64,000 nucleotides of DNA, taken from the NCBI GenBank assembly GCA_965214705.1, contig OZ243972.1, forward strand, positions 1,120,001-1,184,000. Direction: 5' to 3'. Shown piece by piece: positions 58,998 to 64,000 of this stretch (positions within the stretch are counted from its first letter, which is position 1; each line of letters opens with the position of its first letter). The position numbers were made by a program, and so were the translations under genes. The notes beneath the pieces are model-generated. The model was not told the origin of the DNA and searched no databases. It saw only the letters and a program-made list of their open reading frames with translations. The stretch is from Alphaproteobacteria bacterium (GTDB lineage Bacteria > Pseudomonadota > Alphaproteobacteria > UBA828).

Positions 58998-60092
58998 ATG
59001 GCCATCGACGTTGCAAAGGTCGAGATCAAGTCGGTCTCGGACGCCTCCGGCCTGGACGAGCTGATCGCGTCGGGCCGCATGGCGGCGGATGAGGTCGTGG
59101 CCGTGATCGGCAAGACGGAGGGCAACGGCGGGGTCAACGACTTCACCCGCATCCTGTCGGACACCGCCTTCCGCGGCGTCCTCCTCAGGCACGGCACGCG
59201 CGGCGAAGAGGAGGTCGGCGACATCCCCATGGTCTGGTCGGGCGGCTGCGACGGCGTGCTCACTCCCCATGCGACCGTCTTCGCCAGCAACGACGAGATG
59301 GGGCCGGCAGACGCGCTGCGCCTCGCCATGGGCACCGCCATGAGCGCGCCGATCCTGCCCGAGGACATCGGCCGGCCTGCGATGGTGGAGAAGATCGCGG
59401 ACGGCGTGCGCGCGGCGATGGCCGACGCCGGGATCGGCGACCCTGCGGATGTCCACTACGTCCAGACCAAGACACCGCTGCTCACCATCGACACGGTGCG
59501 GGAGGCGCACGGGCGCGGCGAGACCGTGGCCTGCGAGGTCCACGAATCGATGGGAGTCTCCAACGGCACCACCGGGCTCGGCATCGCCGTCGCGCTCGGC
59601 GAGGTGAGCATGCCCAAGGCTGACGAAATCTGCCGCAATCTCGATCTCTACTCCTCGGTCGCCTCGTGCTCGTCGGGCGTCGAGCTCGACCGCGGCCAGA
59701 TCGTCCTCTTCGGCAACGCGCCGGGGGCCGGCGGGCGCTTCCGCATTGGCCACGGCGTGATGCAGGACGCGCTTGACATCGACGGCATCTACGACGGCAT
59801 CCGCAATGCCGGCCTCGACCTGCCGGAGCGCCCACGCGCCGCCGATCTCGGCGGCAAGCTGGTGAACTGCTTCATCAAGTGCGAGGCCGACCGCACCGCG
59901 CGCCTGCGCGGGCGCCGCCAGATCATGCTGGACGATTCCGACGTTCACCATCACCGCCATTCCAAGGGCGCGGTGGGCGGCGTCGCGGCGGCGGCGATTG
60001 GCGATCCCGCCGTGTTCGTCTCGGTCGATGCGATGCACCAGGGGCCGCAGGGTGGCGGCCCGGTGGTGGCGATCGTGGACGTGGGACCCTAA
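58998..60092 (+). CDS. Barbiturase-clade ring-opening amidohydrolase (AtzD/Bar family)
   Basis: [38 protein letters not shown] and AVFVSV..HQGP.GGGPV. Confidence 0.9.
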   Translation: MAIDVAKVEIKSVSDASGLDELIASGRMAADEVVAVIGKTEGNGGVNDFTRILSDTAFRGVLLRHGTRGEEEVGDIPMVWSGGCDGVLTPHATVFASNDEMGPADALRLAMGTAMSAPILPEDIGRPAMVEKIADGVRAAMADAGIGDPADVHYVQTKTPLLTIDTVREAHGRGETVACEVHESMGVSNGTTGLGIAVALGEVSMPKADEICRNLDLYSSVASCSSGVELDRGQIVLFGNAPGAGGRFRIGHGVMQDALDIDGIYDGIRNAGLDLPERPRAADLGGKLVNCFIKCEADRTARLRGRRQIMLDDSDVHHHRHSKGAVGGVAAAAIGDPAVFVSVDAMHQGPQGGGPVVAIVDVGP

Positions 60093-60098
60093 GGGTGC

Positions 60099-60830
60099 TC
60101 AGTCCGCGTCGGCCTCGACCGGCGGCGCCCAGTGACGGAGGGCGGCCGATTCGATGGTGCCGTCGGGCATCACGGTGCCGTCCAGATTGGCCTGGCCGAA
60201 GAAGGCGTCCGCCACCTCGGCCCCACGAAAGTCGGCGCGGATCAGGTCGGCCTCGCGAAAGTTCGCCTCGCGCAGATTGGCGCCGGCCAGGTCCGCCGTG
60301 GCGAGCCGCGCGCGCTTGAAGCTCGCGCCCGAAAAATTCGCTTCGCGCAGGTTGGCGCCGATCAGCACCGCCTCCTCCAGCTTGGCGAGGCGCCCGTCGG
60401 CGCGGCCGAGATTGGCGTCCTCCAGGTCGGCGAGGCGGAGGTCGGCGCAGTAGAGCTCGGCACGGCTGAAGTCGGCGCCCTGGCACTTGGCGCCCGCGAG
60501 CTCGGCCTGCGCGAGATTGCACTCGGAGAGAACGGCCCCACCAAGGTCGGCGACCTTAAGATCGGCGCTCCAGAGGTCGGCGCCCGCGAGCCGCGCGCCG
60601 CGCAGGACAGCACCCTTGAACGTCGCGAGGCGCAGGTTTGCTCCGGTGAGATCGGCGTCGGTGAGGTCGGCGTTCCACAAGTCGACCTCGCGCAGGATGC
60701 TGCCGGCGAAGCTTGCCCCGCGCAGGTCGGCCTGGCGGAAGTGAAAGCCCTGCAGGTCGAAGCGCGTGAGATCGGCACCGGCGAGCTTGCCGGCACGAAT
60801 CTGGTCCCCGTTCGGCCGCCAGCCCGTCAT
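60099..60830 (-). CDS. Pentapeptide repeat protein
   Basis: Long run of A(D/N)Lxx repeats; C-terminal MPDGT. Confidence 0.9.
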   Translation of the reverse strand: MTGWRPNGDQIRAGKLAGADLTRFDLQGFHFRQADLRGASFAGSILREVDLWNADLTDADLTGANLRLATFKGAVLRGARLAGADLWSADLKVADLGGAVLSECNLAQAELAGAKCQGADFSRAELYCADLRLADLEDANLGRADGRLAKLEEAVLIGANLREANFSGASFKRARLATADLAGANLREANFREADLIRADFRGAEVADAFFGQANLDGTVMPDGTIESAALRHWAPPVEADAD

Positions 60831-61570
60831 TCCACCCCACCCGCCGTTTCGATACGGATCGGTGTTCCCACGCGGAGCCCGAGCAGACGGTCCGCCCGGC
60901 CCCGGTTGACCGCGATCTCGGCAAGCCCGTTGGCGTTCTCGTACCAGAAGGCCGCACCCGGCTCCGCGTCGGAGAACGTGCGCAGCCGCGCGAACCGCCG
61001 GGTACCGGCGGCAAGCGTCGCGTCCCCCGGAAGGCGGGCCGCGCGCAGCCCCGTCATCGCGTTGCCGTAAGGGTCGATGTAGACGATCGCGGCGCGATCG
61101 GCAGGCCAGTCGGCGCCGACCGTCGCCGCGCCGTCGAGCGGCGTGCCGGGCTCCGCCTCGCCGCGGGCGATCCGCGCCGCCACCGGCGCGAAGAGGTCGC
61201 GGCCGTGGAAGGAGGCGGAGAGGGCCGGCGGCTGCCAGGTGATCGTGAACCAGCGCGCATCGCGGGCGTGGTGGCCAACGATGGCGAGCAGGCCGTTGTC
61301 GGGGCCCACGTACCAGCGCTCATCGGCGTTGAGCGCGACCGGTGCCCGGTCGCTGCCGACGCCCGGATCGACCACGCAGACGAAGACCGCACCCGACGGA
61401 AACGCCGGCGCGAACGCCGCGAGCAGATAGGCCGCAGGTTCCGGATCGCAGGCCGGAAGGTCGTCCGCGAGGTCGATTACGGGAATTCCCGGCGCCTCGC
61501 GCGCGAGCACGGCCTTCATCTGGCCCGTGTAGGGCCCGCCCGGCCCGAAGTCGGTGAAGAGGACGATCAC
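60827..61570 (-). CDS. SAM hydroxide adenosyltransferase (DUF62; chlorinase/fluorinase superfamily)
   Basis: FTDFG, VVDPGVGSDR, GPDNG, SFHGRDLFAP and YIDPYGN. Confidence 0.88.
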   Translation of the reverse strand: MIVLFTDFGPGGPYTGQMKAVLAREAPGIPVIDLADDLPACDPEPAAYLLAAFAPAFPSGAVFVCVVDPGVGSDRAPVALNADERWYVGPDNGLLAIVGHHARDARWFTITWQPPALSASFHGRDLFAPVAARIARGEAEPGTPLDGAATVGADWPADRAAIVYIDPYGNAMTGLRAARLPGDATLAAGTRRFARLRTFSDAEPGAAFWYENANGLAEIAVNRGRADRLLGLRVGTPIRIETAGGVE

Positions 61571-62382
61571 GCGCCGCCTTTGACGGTCGGCGGATCGTCG
61601 AGATTGTCCATGCCCATGTATGTGTCGAAGGCGCCGTCGACGCCGAGCAGCTGGCCCGAGATGTGGCGGCCGGAGTCGGAGCAGAGGTAGAGCGCGAGGT
61701 CGGCGATTTCCTGCTCGGCGATGCCGGTGCGCATGGCGATGTTGCCGAGGATCGCCGCCTCCATCTCCTCCACCGTGCGTCCCGCCGCTTCGGCTTTGGC
61801 GCGGATCACGCGTCTGCCCCGCTCGTTGAGGATGTAGCCTGGCAGGATGGCGTTGACGCTGATGTTGGCGGGGCCGAGTTCGATCGCCAGCGTCTTGGTC
61901 AGGCCGGTGATCGCGAACTTGGAAGTAGCGTAGGGAAGCCTGAGCGGGAAGCCGAGCCTGCCGGCGGTGGACGAGATATTGACGATGGCACCCCGGCCGG
62001 CTTGGCGCATGAGCCGGACCGCGCGGCGGGCACAATAGAACTGGCCGGAGATGTTGACCGCGATCGTGCGGTCCCAGTCCTCGGGCTCGATCTGCTCCAC
62101 CCTAGCGGTCGGGCCGGAGATTCCCGCGTTGTTGACCAGGACATCGACGCCGCCCATGGCTTCCGCTGCGACTTCGAACAACCGGTCGACCTGAGCCGGG
62201 TTCCCGACGTCGGCCTCGATCGCACCGATCCCTTTGCCCCGCACGTCTTCGACTAGGCCGGGCTGGACGTCGCAGGTGAAGACCGCTGCGCCGTTGGCCG
62301 CCAGTGTCTCCGCGATGACGCGCCCGATGCCCGAGCCGCCGGCGGTCACAACCGCGCGGCGCCCCTTACACGATATCTCCAT
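61567..62382 (-). CDS. SDR-family oxidoreductase
   Basis: TAGGSGIG, NNAG and YATSK. Confidence 0.9.
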   Translation of the reverse strand: MEISCKGRRAVVTAGGSGIGRVIAETLAANGAAVFTCDVQPGLVEDVRGKGIGAIEADVGNPAQVDRLFEVAAEAMGGVDVLVNNAGISGPTARVEQIEPEDWDRTIAVNISGQFYCARRAVRLMRQAGRGAIVNISSTAGRLGFPLRLPYATSKFAITGLTKTLAIELGPANISVNAILPGYILNERGRRVIRAKAEAAGRTVEEMEAAILGNIAMRTGIAEQEIADLALYLCSDSGRHISGQLLGVDGAFDTYMGMDNLDDPPTVKGGA

Positions 62383-62515
62383 GATCCGCTCCTGCTGCCG
62401 AAGAGGGCGCAAGAGTAGCGGGCCGGGCTCGGCTTGCCGAGAGTGGCGAACACACACCCGCGGATGCGGTGCTGGGCCATTTCGGCTGCAGGGCGTGCTG
62501 CATAGAATGCGCGCC

Positions 62516-63640
62516 ATGGAACGCTATGATTTCCTGGTCGTCGGTGCCGGCATGGCCGGGGCTTCGGCAGCCTACTGGCTTGCTGAGCGGGGCCGCGTCG
62601 TCGTGCTCGAACAGGAGGACGCGGCCGGCTATCACTCCACCGGGCGCTCCGCCGCCATGTACATGGAAACCTACGGCGGCCCGCTGACGCGGGGGCTGAC
62701 CACCGTAGGCCGGGCCTTCCTCGCCGACCCGCCGTCGGGCTTCGCGGACTCGCCGCTGCTCAGCCCGCAGCAGGTGCTCTACATTGGCCGCGCCGATCAA
62801 CTTGAGGCCCTCGACCGGCTCTACGACGAGAACAGCCCGCGCGTGCCGAGCCTCGCCCGCCTCGACGCCGCCGAGGCCCTTGGGCAGCCCGTGCCGCTGC
62901 GCGAGGACTATGTCGCCGGCGGGGTACTGGAGCCGGAGTCGCTGGAGATCGACGTCGCCACCCTGCATCAGGGCTATCTGCGTGGCCTGCGAGCCCGAGG
63001 CGGCAGGCTGTTGACGGAGGCGCGAGTGAGCGCGCTCGCCCGCAACGCCGACCTCTGGCACGCGGAGACGCCGGTGGGCGCATTTGCCGCGCCGGTCGTG
63101 ATCAATGCCGCCGGTGCCTGGTGCGACGCCGTTGCCGCGCTTGCCGGTGTCGCGCCGATCGGCCTTGAGCCGAAGCGCCGGACTGCGTTCATCTTCGACG
63201 GGCCGGCGGATGGCGGTGTCGACCAATGGCCGATGGTGCACGACATCGACGATGCCTTTTATCTCAAGCCCGACGCCGGCCGGCTTTTGGCGTCGCCGGC
63301 CGACGAGACGCCCTCGGATCCCTGCGACGCGTATCCAGAAGAACTCGACATCGCCGTCGGCGCCGACCGCATCATGCAGGCCATGACCCTGGAGATCCGC
63401 CACATCCGAAACAAGTGGGCGGGCCTCAGAAGCTTCGTGCGCGATCGCCAGCCGATTGCGGGCTTCGACGTTGCTGCCGAGGGCTTCTTCTGGCTGGCAG
63501 GGCAGGGTGGCGCCGGCATCATGACCGCGCCGGCGCTCGGTGCCATAACGGCGGCAGTTGCTGCTGGAGACCCCGTGCCGGAGGACGCCGCCGCGCGCGG
63601 CGTCACCGCTGCGCAGCTCGGCCCCGGCCGCCTACTCTGA
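62516..63640 (+). CDS. FAD-dependent oxidoreductase (D-arginine dehydrogenase DauA-like)
   Basis: VGAGMAG, GYHSTGRSAA, NAAGAW, WAGLRSF and WLAGQGG.GI. Confidence 0.85.
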   Translation: MERYDFLVVGAGMAGASAAYWLAERGRVVVLEQEDAAGYHSTGRSAAMYMETYGGPLTRGLTTVGRAFLADPPSGFADSPLLSPQQVLYIGRADQLEALDRLYDENSPRVPSLARLDAAEALGQPVPLREDYVAGGVLEPESLEIDVATLHQGYLRGLRARGGRLLTEARVSALARNADLWHAETPVGAFAAPVVINAAGAWCDAVAALAGVAPIGLEPKRRTAFIFDGPADGGVDQWPMVHDIDDAFYLKPDAGRLLASPADETPSDPCDAYPEELDIAVGADRIMQAMTLEIRHIRNKWAGLRSFVRDRQPIAGFDVAAEGFFWLAGQGGAGIMTAPALGAITAAVAAGDPVPEDAAARGVTAAQLGPGRLL

Positions 63641-63641
63641 A

Positions 63642-63992
63642 CTACACGACCGGCTCGGCAATCACGCGAATCTCTTCGCCCCGGACGGCATTGTAGAAGC
63701 AGGCCGGGCGATTGGTGTGACAGGCTGGGCCGGTCTGGTCGACCAGGAGAAGCAGCGCGTCGCTGTCGCAGTCGAAACGCAGCTCGACCAGCCGCTGGAT
63801 GTGCCCCGAGCTCTCGCCCTTGCGCCAGAGTTGCTGGCGCGAGCGCGACCAGTAGCAGACGCGGCCGGTCTCCAGCGTCTCACGCACCGCGTCCGCGTTC
63901 ATCCAGGCGAGCATCAGCACCGCGCGGGTCTCGTGCGATTGCGCGATCGCCGGGATAAGGCCCGCGTCGTCGAAACGCAGCCGCTCGATCAC
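63642..63992 (-). CDS. hisI: Phosphoribosyl-AMP cyclohydrolase (start may be outside window)
   Basis: GLIPAIAQ, YWSRSR..LW.KGESSG, DCDSD and ACHT...CF. Confidence 0.93.
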   Translation of the reverse strand: MIERLRFDDAGLIPAIAQSHETRAVLMLAWMNADAVRETLETGRVCYWSRSRQQLWRKGESSGHIQRLVELRFDCDSDALLLLVDQTGPACHTNRPACFYNAVRGEEIRVIAEPVV

Positions 63993-64000
63993 CTCTTGGG

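Noticed and set aside
60099-60830. DNA repeats in this region as a novel array
   Set aside because: Fully explained by pentapeptide-repeat coding.
60827-61570. Possible SAM-dependent halogenase (fluorinase/chlorinase)
   Set aside because: It has the Asp-Arg-His triad context (VVDPG..DR, FHGRD) typical of DUF62 SAM hydroxide adenosyltransferases.

Overview
GC-rich alphaproteobacterial chromosomal window. The taxon call rests on GAAC-N7-GAAC/GTTC-N7-GTTC LexA boxes and the lexA-comEC-gltX block; a Rhodospirillales-like host is my impression only. The left ~37.7 kb is accessory metabolism: a HEPN-motif gene cut by an IS1634 element, tandem homocysteine S-methyltransferases with a desaturase and XRE regulator, tupBCA, a polyamine-type ABC system, and an Ehu-type ABC / Rieske oxygenase / Lrp / glutamine-synthetase-like / MetX-like hydrolase / hydantoinase-oxoprolinase cluster. 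The right ~22 kb is mostly housekeeping (adenosine kinase, uvrD, hldE, prpE, rsmD, rluB, bactofilin, nth, lexA, comEC, gltX, hisI) plus a deaminase-barbiturase pair. At the boundary is a 4392-bp IS1595-family transporter element with perfect 25-bp IRs and an 8-bp TSD (TAATTTTA). It carries a reversed HicB/HicA-like pair, a lipoprotein combining a metzincin protease with a TbpB-like barrel, an AT-hook micro-protein and an XRE regulator, and it is inserted into a sequence resembling a XerCD dif site. No rRNA, tRNA or CRISPR array was seen. All protein calls come from motif recognition by eye, not from database searches.
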